The notes under the pieces: model-generated | Databases searched by the model: none | Seen by the model: the letters and a program-made list of their open reading frames with translations, nothing else | Told to the model about the DNA's origin: nothing | Program-made: the position numbers and the translations under genes | Origin: an uncultured Actinomycetota bacterium | GTDB lineage: Bacteria > Actinomycetota > Actinomycetes > CAVWCF01 | Direction of reading: 5' to 3' | Assembly: GCA_963697565.1 (NCBI GenBank) | Contig: CAVOOM010000009.1 | Coordinates: 70,304-134,303 of the forward strand | Length of the DNA: 64,000 nt | In this document: positions 29,777-38,899 of the stretch, piece after piece | Position numbering within the stretch: the first letter of the stretch is position 1 | How the letters are laid out: each line of letters opens with the position of its first letter

Positions 29777-30462
29777 CAGCCGAGGGGCCGACGGCGGGGG
29801 AGGCGCCCACCTGGGGGGCGGTCTTGGCTCTGGCTGGCGCGCACGAGGCGCTGGGCCTGGCGTCGTACCTGCGCCGGCTGACCGCGCTGGACTCGCGTGC
29901 GGCGGTGCGGATCCAGGCGCGCGGAGCGGTCGCGGGGGTGTTCGCCGGGCCGCCCTTCGAGGTGGTCGCGCTGCGCCCGGTGGCCCTGGCCGCGCCTGTC
30001 GACGTGGATGCCACCGTGTCGGCGCAGCGGCTGCTGGAGCGCCTCGACGAGGTGGCGCCGGGTGAGGCGATCACGCTGCCGCCGCCCGTGGTCGGCCCGG
30101 CCTGGGCCGGGCTGCTGCCGCCGCGCACCGGGTGGGCGCAGGCTGGCGAGGTGGAGGCCGTGGCGGTGGCCGCGGCCGTGCGGTCGGGGATCGTCTCGTT
30201 CCGGGAGAAGGCCGATCGCATTCCCGAGGCCGAGCGGACCGTCGACCGGCTCGACGCGATGGCCCGAGAGGTGTGGCGCACGCCGATCGTCGGCTCGGTG
30301 CCGCTGCGCGCCGCCCACGCAGCCGAGGCGCTCGGCCTGCTGGGCCGCGAGGGCGACGTGATCGCGTCGGCGAGCGGCGCCTGGCGGCGGCTGCGCTGCG
30401 CAGGCGGCTCGGTCGCCGTGCGCGACCTCGACGTCCCCGGCCTCGCCCTGCTCTTCAGCTGA
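29773..30462 (+). CDS. hypothetical protein
   Basis: GTG at 29773 overlaps the thioesterase stop (GTGA) in the frame of ORF 29395..30462. Composition is Ala-rich but non-junk, and I recognise no motif. Confidence 0.55.
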   Translation: MTAEGPTAGEAPTWGAVLALAGAHEALGLASYLRRLTALDSRAAVRIQARGAVAGVFAGPPFEVVALRPVALAAPVDVDATVSAQRLLERLDEVAPGEAITLPPPVVGPAWAGLLPPRTGWAQAGEVEAVAVAAAVRSGIVSFREKADRIPEAERTVDRLDAMAREVWRTPIVGSVPLRAAHAAEALGLLGREGDVIASASGAWRRLRCAGGSVAVRDLDVPGLALLFS

Positions 30463-30483
30463 AGCCGGCCGCCTCGGCGCCGG

Positions 30484-30879
30484 TCAGGCGTCCTCGGTGT
30501 TCTGCATCGAGAAGGCGGCCATGATCAGGTAGCGCCAGAGCCGGTCGTCCTGCGCCTCGGTGAGGCCCAGGGAGTCCACCGCGACCCGCATGTGCGCCAG
30601 CCAGGCGTCCCGGGCGGCCGAGTCGATCGCGTACGGCGCGTGGCGCATCCGCAGCCGCGGGTGGCCGCGCTCATCGGAGTACGTCGTGGGCCCGCCCCAG
30701 TACTGCTCAAGGAACATCCGCAGCCGCTCGGCGGCCGGGCCCAGGTCCTGCTCGGGGTACATCGGGCGGAGTTGCGGGTCGGCGGCGACCTCGGCGTAGA
30801 AGCGGGCCACCAGGCGCTCGAAGGCCGGGTGCCCGCCGATCTCGTCGTAGAAGGTCGGCTCCTGCGCTGGCTCGCTCAC
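30484..30879 (-). CDS. glbO: group II truncated hemoglobin (GlbO type)
   Basis: ORF 30484..30879. The sequence is FYDEIGGHPAFERLVARFYAEVAADPQLRPMYPEQDLGPAAERLRMFLEQYWGGP..Y...RGHPRLRMRH. Confidence 0.85.
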   Translation of the reverse strand: MSEPAQEPTFYDEIGGHPAFERLVARFYAEVAADPQLRPMYPEQDLGPAAERLRMFLEQYWGGPTTYSDERGHPRLRMRHAPYAIDSAARDAWLAHMRVAVDSLGLTEAQDDRLWRYLIMAAFSMQNTEDA

Positions 30880-32420
30880 CCGGCCAGTGTCTCAGGGCGC
30901 GTCGCTGCCCTCATCGCCTCCGCCGACTCTGCGCGCGCGAGCGCCTCAGCGGCGGCCCCGATGTTGCGCACCATGGACCCGAAGACCACCCCGTGGAAGG
31001 GCGCGACCGCCCACCAGTACAGGTGCCCGAGGAACCCGTGCGGGGCGAAGACGGCCCGCTGGCGGTACGTCGAGCGGCTCGGCCCGGCGGGCGCCACCCC
31101 GAACTCCAGCCAGGCCAACCCCGGCAGCCGCATCTCGGCGCGCAGCCGCAGCAGCTCGCAGGGCAGCCGCTCCTCCACCCGCCAGAAGTCGAGCGACTCG
31201 CCCACGACCACCCGGTCGGGGTCCCGCCGGCCGCGGCGCAGCCCGACCCCGCCGACCGCGCGATCGGCGATCCCGCGCAGCTCCCAGGCCCAGGGCAGCG
31301 AGTAGTAGCCGCGGTCTCCACCGATCCCCTCGACGATGCGCCACAGTGCCTCGGCAGGCGCGTCCACCACGGCCTCACGCGCGTCCTCGTACAACGAGCC
31401 GCCCGCCCAGTCCGGGTCGCTCGGCAGCGGATCGCTCGGAGCCCCCGGCGTGGAGGCCGAGGACCAGCGGGTGGCGACATCGGCCTCCTTGACCCGCTTG
31501 AGCGCCAGCTCCACGGCGCGCTCGAAGCCGACGAGCCCCTCCGGCGGGTCGGGGATGTACGCGGCGATGTCGTGCTCGTGCGCGAGCGCCTCGTTGCGCA
31601 GCGATTCGACCAGCGGGCGGGCGATGGCGCTGGGCACCGGGGTGATCGCCCCGACCCAGTGCGCGGAGAGCCCCGGTGTCAGCACCGGGACCTGGACGAT
31701 GAGCCGCTTGGGCAGCCTGGCGACCACCGCGTAGCGCTTCATCATGTCGGCGTAGGTGAGGATGTCCGGGCCGGCGATGTCGAACTCGCGCGACACCTCA
31801 GGGGGCAGCGATGCGGCGGCCACCAGGTAGCGCAGCACGTCGCGGATCGCGATGGGCTGGATGCGGTTGCTGGCCCAGCGCGGCACCACCATCGCAGGCA
31901 GCCGCTCGGTCAGGTGGCGGAGCATCTCGAACGACGCCGACCCGCTGCCGATGATCACGGCGGCCCGCAGCACGGCGGTGGGAACGCCGGCGCCGAGCAG
32001 GATGCGCCCCACCTCGAGCCGGGACGCCAGGTGCGGGGACACCCGCTCCTCGCGCGGCTGCGGCCCGCCGAGGTAGACGATCCGGCGGATCCCGGCCCGC
32101 TGGGCTTCGATCGCGAACGTCTCGGCGGCCCTGCGGTCGCGGTCAACGAAGTCCTCGCTGGCTAGGGAGTGCACGAGGTAGAAGGCGACCTCGACGCTGT
32201 CCAGGGCTGCGCGAACCGACGCCGCGTCTTGGAGGTCGCCGCGGGCCACCTCGACCTGGTCGGACCATGCGCGTCCGCGCAGCCGGGAGGGGTCACGGGC
32301 CAGGCAGCGCACGCGGTAGCCCGCGGCGAGCAGCTCTGGGACCAGCCGGCCGCCGATGTAACCGGTGGCCCCGGTGACCAGCACCAGCGGCGCCGGGGGG
32401 TCATTGCGCTCATCCGCCAC
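30876..32420 (-). CDS. NAD(P)H-binding SDR/NmrA-like protein fused to a DUF2867 domain
   Basis: GTG at 32420 lies inside ORF 30876..32690. LVTGATGYIGGRLVPELLAAGYRVRCLAR is present, and the C-terminal half carries DFWRVEE...LRAEMRLPGLAWLEF. The stop overlaps the glbO start (GTGA). Confidence 0.75.
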   Translation of the reverse strand: MADERNDPPAPLVLVTGATGYIGGRLVPELLAAGYRVRCLARDPSRLRGRAWSDQVEVARGDLQDAASVRAALDSVEVAFYLVHSLASEDFVDRDRRAAETFAIEAQRAGIRRIVYLGGPQPREERVSPHLASRLEVGRILLGAGVPTAVLRAAVIIGSGSASFEMLRHLTERLPAMVVPRWASNRIQPIAIRDVLRYLVAAASLPPEVSREFDIAGPDILTYADMMKRYAVVARLPKRLIVQVPVLTPGLSAHWVGAITPVPSAIARPLVESLRNEALAHEHDIAAYIPDPPEGLVGFERAVELALKRVKEADVATRWSSASTPGAPSDPLPSDPDWAGGSLYEDAREAVVDAPAEALWRIVEGIGGDRGYYSLPWAWELRGIADRAVGGVGLRRGRRDPDRVVVGESLDFWRVEERLPCELLRLRAEMRLPGLAWLEFGVAPAGPSRSTYRQRAVFAPHGFLGHLYWWAVAPFHGVVFGSMVRNIGAAAEALARAESAEAMRAATRPETLAG

Positions 32421-32470
32421 GCAGTGAGTGTGCGCCCCGTGCGGCGTCTGCGCACCTTCGGCCGGCCGGG

Positions 32471-33373
32471 TCAGGGGGTGTCGGTCAGCGGAGGCTGGGC
32501 GGCGGGGCCGGAGGTGGGCGGTCGGACGCCGGCGGCCTCGAGCGCGGCCATCAAGCGAACCCGCAGGGCGCGGGCGACCACCAGGTGCTTGCCGGGGACG
32601 GTCTGGACCTGGACCCGGAAGGTGACCGCCACCGGGGTCATCGTCTCCACCGCGACGATCGGCTCTTCGTCCAGGACGACGTCGGCCCACTCGGGGTCGC
32701 GCCCGAAGGCGATGGCCTCGGCGCGGAGGACTCCCGACACCGCCTCGATGTCCTCTCCGTACGGGATGGGCACGTCTGCCACCGCCAGCCCGTATCCCTG
32801 CGAGCGGTTGCCAAGCGCGCCGATCGTGCCGTTGGGGACGTACCAGACCACGCCGGAGGCGTCCCGCAGCTCCGTCACCCGCAGCCCGACGCGCTCGACC
32901 GTGCCCACCGCGTCGCCGATGTCGATCACGTCGCCGACGCCGTACTGGTCCTCAAGGATCATGAAGATCCCGGAGAGGAAGTCCTTGACGAGGCTTTGCG
33001 CCCCGAAGCCCACGGCGATGCCGACGAGGCCGGCGCTGGCCAGCAGCGGGGCCATGTTGACCCCCAGCTCGCTGAGCACGATCAGGGCGGCAAGCCCGAA
33101 GAGGGTGACGGTGACCAGGCTCTTGAGCAGCGATGAGACCGCGCCGATCCGCGCCCGGTAGCGCTCGATGGCCTGGGCGTCGGCTGCGCGCTGGCCGGAG
33201 ACCACCGGGCTCGTCGCCATCCGCCGGCTGATGGCGTTGTTGGCCATGCTGCGGGCGAGCCGATCGGTCAACCGGTGGATCGCCCAGCGCAGCACGAACG
33301 CCAGCACCACCGTCACCGCGATGACGATCAGTGCGTTGCCCTCGATCGAGAAGGGGTTCTCCGCCGTTGCCAC
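32471..33373 (-). CDS. mechanosensitive ion channel (MscS family) protein
   Basis: ORF 32471..33373. The pore helix plus beta domain reads LLASAGLVGIAVGFGAQSLVKDFLSGIFMILEDQYGVGDVIDIGD..GTVE.VGLR.T.LRD..G. Confidence 0.8.
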   Translation of the reverse strand: MATAENPFSIEGNALIVIAVTVVLAFVLRWAIHRLTDRLARSMANNAISRRMATSPVVSGQRAADAQAIERYRARIGAVSSLLKSLVTVTLFGLAALIVLSELGVNMAPLLASAGLVGIAVGFGAQSLVKDFLSGIFMILEDQYGVGDVIDIGDAVGTVERVGLRVTELRDASGVVWYVPNGTIGALGNRSQGYGLAVADVPIPYGEDIEAVSGVLRAEAIAFGRDPEWADVVLDEEPIVAVETMTPVAVTFRVQVQTVPGKHLVVARALRVRLMAALEAAGVRPPTSGPAAQPPLTDTP

Positions 33374-33383
33374 GCGCGTGATG

Positions 33384-35511
33384 CTAGCCAGCCCGGGCTG
33401 GGGTGGCGTCGAGGCCGCTCACCGCTGCGGCGAAGGCCAGGGTGTCGGCCGACAGCTCGATCGACTTCGAGAGCGCCCGCGCCCCATGGCCGACGTCCCC
33501 CTCGCGCCGCACCAGCACGGGTCGCGGCGAAGAGGTGGCGTGCTGCAGCGCCGCGCACATCTTGCGCGCGTGCATCGGATCGACGCGGGTGTCGCCGTCG
33601 AAGACCTGGAAGAGCACGGCCGGGTACGCGGTCCCCTCGCGCACGTGGTGGTACGGAGAGTAGCCGAGCAGCCAGCCCAGCTGCTCGGGGTCTTCGGCGG
33701 TGCCGTACTCGACGGCCCAGGTCGCGCCCAGGCCGAACTTCTCGAAGCGCACCATGTCAAGCAGCGGGGCGCTGCAGACCACCCCCGCGAAGAGGTCCGG
33801 CCGACGGGTCAGCGCGGCGCCGACCAGGAGCCCGCCGTTCGACCCGCCGGAGATGACCAGCCGGTCGGGCGTGGTCCAGCCTTCCGCGATCAGCCACTCG
33901 GCGGCCGCCTCGAAGTCCTCGAAGCTGCGCTGCTTGTGGGCGAGCATCCCGTCGCGGTGCCACTCCTCGCCCTCTTCTCCGCCGCCGCGGATGTTGGCGA
34001 CGGCATACACCCCGCCGGCCTCGACCCAGCCGAGGATGCTCGCGGAGAACGCCGGCGTCAGAGGCAGGCCGAACCCGCCGTAGCCGTACAGGATGGTGGG
34101 CCGCGGCTGGGCGGGCTGCCCGTCGTCGCTCGCGGGGAAGACCACGAACATCCGCACCTGAGTGCCGTCCGCAGACGTGTAGACCACCTGACGGGCGGTG
34201 ACATCCGGGACCTCGACGGTGCCGGGAGCAGTGGCCCACAACGTGGTCGTCCCGGTGCGGGCGTCCCAGCGCTGCACCGAGACCGGGGTGGTGTGGTCGG
34301 TGTAGGCGAACCATGCCTCGTGGCCGCCCTCGGGCCGCTCCACGATCCCGCTGATCGACCCGACGCCGGGCAGCGGCACCTCGCCGGTGCGCCGGCCCGT
34401 CTCCAGGTCATGGACGGTGATCTCGCCGACGGTGTGCCGGGTCCACGAGCACAGCAGCACGCCGCGCTCGAGCTCGGGGCCGTCCAGGATCGCGTACCCG
34501 TCCAGGACCGCCTCGGGGTCTTCGGGCACCAGGTCCTCCCAGGCTCCCGACACCAGCCCCTCGGGGGTGGCCACCGCGAGCCGACCGCGCGGGGCCCCAA
34601 GGTCGGTGAACACGTACATCCGGCCGTCGCGGCCAGCCTCGAAGCCGGTCTGGGCGTCGACGCCGATCTGGACCTCCGCGAATGCCGGCGCCTCGATCGG
34701 CCCGGCGGACAGGTCGGCCACCCACAGGTCGTTGCGTGGGGCCGTGCCCTCGCTGGCCGAGACCTGCAGCCAGCGGCCGTCCCGGCTGACTGACACGCCG
34801 TAGTAGTTCGTCTTCAGCAGCCCGTCGCCGAACACCAGGGTGTCGGTCGAGGGGTCCGTGCCGACGCGGTGCAGCCAAACCCGGCGGTGGTACTGCGCTT
34901 CGTCCTCGGGAAGGTCGGAGGGGTCGAGCCGCCGCACGTAGTAGAACGCGGCGCCGCCGGGCAGCCAGGCGACGGGGGAGTACCGCGCCCGGTCGATCGG
35001 GCCGTCGACGTCGGCGCCCGTCTCGACCTCGAGGACGCGCAGCACGGACTCCTCACGGCCTCCCTCGGAGACTTGGTACGCGAGCAGCGCGCCCTCCTTG
35101 GAGGGCTGCCAGGAGTCGAGCGTGGTGGCGCCGGACGGGTCCATCGCCATCGGGTCGAGCAGCACCCGCTCGGTGCCGTCTGGGTCGACCGTGAGCAACT
35201 GCGCGTGCTCTTGGTCCGCGGTGCGGCGCATGAAGAACTGCCGCTCTCCGCGCCAGACGGGCGGGGAGATCGCGCCGGCTGCGAGCAGGGCGGTGAGCCG
35301 CTCGCGGAACATCCCCACCGAGGCCCAGCCAGCCCGCGCGTCGGCGTAGAGCGCTGTCCTGGGCTGAAGACCAGGCGGCCGTGCGCGCGTCGTCGGCGTC
35401 CTCAAGCCACCGGTACGGGTCGGGAACATCCTGGCCATGGAGCCGGTCGACGAGGTCGAGTCGCTCGGCTTGCGGGTAGCGAGGGCCACCCAGTCGCGCG
35501 TCCGCAGTCAC
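33384..35511 (-). pseudogene. prolyl oligopeptidase (S9A); +1 frameshift near 35352 as sequenced
   Basis: The N-terminus VTADARLGGPRYPQAERLDLVDRLHGQDVPDPYRWLEDADDARTAAWSSAQDS (ORF 35053..35553) joins LYADARAGW... of ORF 33384..35489. The catalytic serine is in GGSNGGLLVG, with a C-terminal D and H (GHGA). Confidence 0.85.
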
Positions 35512-35540
35512 GACCCGCGACCCTACGGCACACTGGGGTC

Positions 35541-36053
35541 GTGCCTGCGTCACACGCGCTGGTCCTCAACGCCTCGTACGAGCCCCTGTGCGTGGTGACG
35601 CTGAGGCGCGCCGTGGTGCTGGTCCTCGCGGAGAAGGCCTTGGTCGTGGAGCACGGCGAGGGGTCGGTCCGCTCGGAGCGGCTGACCCTTGCCGCACCCT
35701 CGGTGGTGCGGCTGACGCGCTACGTGCGCGTCCCGTACCGCCGCACGGCGCCGCTGACCCGACGTGCCGTGCTGGAGCGCGACGGCCACTCCTGCGCGTA
35801 CTGCGCCCGGCGCGCCGAGTCGGTCGACCATGTCGTGCCGAAGTCGCGCGGCGGCCGGCACGAGTGGGCGAACGTGGTGGCTGCCTGCCTGCGCTGCAAC
35901 CGGACCAAGGGGGATCGCATGCTCGGCGAGCTCGGCTGGACCCTGCACTTCGCTCCCGCGCCGCCCCCGCCCACGACCGCCCTGCTGCTGGTCGCCGGGC
36001 GCCGCGATCCGGCCTGGTCGCCCTACCTGGCGCCGCAGGCGGTGAGCGCGTGA
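35541..36053 (+). CDS. HNH endonuclease family protein
   Basis: GTG at 35541 lies inside ORF 34869..36053. The HNH region is RDGHSCAYCARRAESVDHVVPKSRGGRHEWANVVAACLRCNRTKGDR. Confidence 0.8.
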   Translation: MPASHALVLNASYEPLCVVTLRRAVVLVLAEKALVVEHGEGSVRSERLTLAAPSVVRLTRYVRVPYRRTAPLTRRAVLERDGHSCAYCARRAESVDHVVPKSRGGRHEWANVVAACLRCNRTKGDRMLGELGWTLHFAPAPPPPTTALLLVAGRRDPAWSPYLAPQAVSA

Positions 36054-37471
36054 GCGAGCTCCACGACCTGACCGCGCTGGAGCAGGGGGCGGCGGTCCGC
36101 GCCGGCGAGGTGTCGGCCACCGAGCTGGCCGAGCACTACCTGGCGCGCATCGAGGCGGGCAACGAGGCGGTGGGGGCGTTCACCGTGGTGACGCGCGCGC
36201 TCGCCCTGGAGATGGCCGAGGCGGCCCAGCGCCGGCTGGCCGACGCCGACGGGGCGCCCACCCCGCCGCTGCTCGGCGTCCCGGTGCCGGTCAAGGACCT
36301 CGCGTTCGTGGCGGGGGTGCCGTGCCGGCTCGGCTCGCGGGCGTACGACCTCGTCCCGGCCGCGGACGACTACGTGGTGACCCGCCTGCGGGAGGCGGGG
36401 GTGGTCTTCACCGGCAAGACCGCCACCCCCGAGTTCGGGCTGCCCTGCTACACCGAGACGCTGGTGGGGCCGCCGGCCCGCACCCCGTGGGACCTCGAGC
36501 GGTCTGCGGGGGGCTCCAGCGGCGGGGCCGCGGCCGCGGTGGCCGCCGGGCTCGCCCCGGTCGCGCACGGCAGCGACGGCGGCGGGTCCATCCGGATCCC
36601 GGCCAGCGTGTGCGGGCTCGTCGGGCTCAAGCCGTCCCGCGGACGGATCAGCAACGGCCCGCTGCGCGACCCGGTGGGGGAGCTGCCCACTCAGGGCCCG
36701 TTGGCGCGCACGGTCGCCGACGCCGCGGCGCTGCTCGACGCGATGGCCGGGCCCTGGCCGGGCGACCCGTATCCGGCGCCCCCGCTTCCGCCCGGCGAGA
36801 CGTTCCTGGACCACGCCGGCCGCGACCCGGGGCGGCTGGTGATCGGCCGCTACCGGACCCCGGTCCTGGCCGACATCGAGGTCCACCCCGACTGCGTCGC
36901 GGCGTACGACGAGGCGACCGAGCTGCTGGTGTCGCTCGGCCACGAGGTGGTGGAGGTCGGGCCGCCGTTCACCCACGACGTGGTGCCGCAGTTCGAGGCG
37001 CTGTGGTCCGTGCTTGCGCTGCTGACCCCGGTGGCGCCCGACGACGAGGCTTCGCTGCTGCCGCTCACCCGGTGGCTGCGCGAGCGCGGGACCCAGGTCA
37101 GCGGGATCCAGCTGGCCGGGGCGGTGTCCATGTGCCGACTGCTCTCCAGGGTCGCCATCCAGGCCACCGCCCACTGCGACGCGGTGCTGGCGCCGACGCT
37201 GGCCCAACCGCCGGCGCTCGTCGGCGGGCTGCGCGACGACGCGGACCCCTGGCGCGACTTCGACAACCAGAAGCGCTTCTCCCCGTTCACCGCCGTCTAC
37301 AACGTCACCGGCCAGCCGGCCGTCAGCCTTCCCCTGCACTGGGCTGACAGCGGCCTGCCGATCGGCGTCATGCTCGCCGGCCGGCCGTACGGCGAGGCGG
37401 CGCTGATCGCGCTGGCGGCCCAGATCGAGGCGGCGCGGCCCTGGGCCCACCGCAAGCCCGCCCTCTGGTGA
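36050..37471 (+). CDS. amidase (amidase-signature family)
   Basis: GTG at 36050 overlaps the HNH stop (GTGA) inside ORF 35588..37471. The amidase signature is GGSSGGAAAAVAAGLAPVAHGSDGGGSIRIPAS. Confidence 0.85.
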   Translation: MSELHDLTALEQGAAVRAGEVSATELAEHYLARIEAGNEAVGAFTVVTRALALEMAEAAQRRLADADGAPTPPLLGVPVPVKDLAFVAGVPCRLGSRAYDLVPAADDYVVTRLREAGVVFTGKTATPEFGLPCYTETLVGPPARTPWDLERSAGGSSGGAAAAVAAGLAPVAHGSDGGGSIRIPASVCGLVGLKPSRGRISNGPLRDPVGELPTQGPLARTVADAAALLDAMAGPWPGDPYPAPPLPPGETFLDHAGRDPGRLVIGRYRTPVLADIEVHPDCVAAYDEATELLVSLGHEVVEVGPPFTHDVVPQFEALWSVLALLTPVAPDDEASLLPLTRWLRERGTQVSGIQLAGAVSMCRLLSRVAIQATAHCDAVLAPTLAQPPALVGGLRDDADPWRDFDNQKRFSPFTAVYNVTGQPAVSLPLHWADSGLPIGVMLAGRPYGEAALIALAAQIEAARPWAHRKPALW

Positions 37472-37475
37472 TCCC

Positions 37476-38841
37476 TCAGACGGGCGTCTGCCGGTTGAGG
37501 TCGCTGCGCAGCGTCCAGACGTACGCGGGCACGCCGAGCAGGAACAGCATCATCCAGGCGTACACCGACTCCTGGCCGGCGCCGGCGATCGCCACCACGG
37601 AGTAGACGAAGCCCAGGCCGGCGATCAGGCCGTTGCGCACCAACCGGTGCAGGGGGACCGCGTGGCGGGTGGCGAACGACCACACCAGCTCGGCCCCGGC
37701 GCTGAACGCGTAGGGCACCAGGGTCGCCACCGTGGCGAGCAGGACGATCGTGTTGTAGACGTCGACGAGTTCGCCGCTGGAGAAGTTCAGCACGATGACG
37801 ATCATCGCCAGGCCGCTCGACACCAGCAGCCCGATCACGGGCACGCCCTTGGGGTTGAGGCGCTGGAACCGGCTGGGGAACAGGTGGTCGCGGGCCGCGG
37901 CCATCGGCACCTGGGACTGGATCAGGATCAGGCCGAGCATCGCGCCCGCGCAGGAGATCACGGCGACCACAGACATCGCGGTGCCCGGCCCACGGCCCGA
38001 AGACGATCTCCGCGGAGTCGGCAAGCGGGGCGCTGGAGTTGACCAGGACTGGTCGCGGGGGACGGTGCCGAAGACCGAGAACGTGCTCAGCAGGTAGAGC
38101 GCGGCGACGCCCGAGCGTGCCCAGGACCGTGGCCCGCGGGATGGTCTTCTCCGGCTCGTGCACGTCGTCGGCCGGAACGCACGCCGACTCGAGGCCGATG
38201 AACGCGAAGAGGGTCAGCGGCAGGCAGGCCGCGATGGCCCCCCAGAACGAGTAGCCGTCGGCGATGAACGGCTGCAGGTATTCCGGGTTGAGGGCGAACA
38301 GCCCGGCGACCCCCAGCAGCAGCAGGGGCACCGCCTTGAGCAGGGTGAGGATCGCCGTGACAAGGCCCCCGGCCGCGGCGCCCCGCAGGTTGATCGCGGT
38401 GAGCAGGGCCACCGCAGCCGACGGCGACCAGCGATCTCGAGGCGCGCGGTTGCCGTCCACCGCCGGCACGAGTGAGCCGACGTAGCCGACGAGCGCCACG
38501 GAGATCGCGCCCACGCTGACCCACAGCCCGATCCAGTAGTTCCAGGCGGTCTGGAAGCCGAGGAAGTCGCCGAAGCCGCTGCGCGCGAAGGCGTACGGCC
38601 CGCCCGTCTGGGGGATCCGGCGGGCGAGCGAGGCGAAGGTCAGCGCCAGGGCCAGTGAGCCCGCGGCGGTGATCGCGAACGCGACCAGGCTCACCGAGCC
38701 GTACGCGGCCAGGCTGGCTGGGAGGAGGAAGACCCCCGACCCGATCATCGTCCCGGCGACCAGGCCGGTCGCGACCCACACCCCCATCTGCTTGCGCTGG
38801 GGGGCCTCCTGCGGGGCTGCCTGGTCTGTCTGCACCGTCAT
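37476..38841 (-). pseudogene. APC-family amino acid permease; at least three frameshifts (near 38115, 38052, 37985) as sequenced
   Basis: MTVQTDQ...MGVWVATGLVAGTMIGSGVFLLPASLA... lies in the frame of ORF 37297..39252. The segments VAALYLLSTFSVFGTVP / LVNSSAPLADSAEIVFGPWAG / AMSVVAVISCAGAML... (ORF 37476..38024) lie in different frames. Confidence 0.75.
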
Positions 38842-38899
38842 GCCGCGCATCCTGCCGGACGGTGAGCGCGGGCGTGCGCGGTCGGGCAGACTTCGAGGC

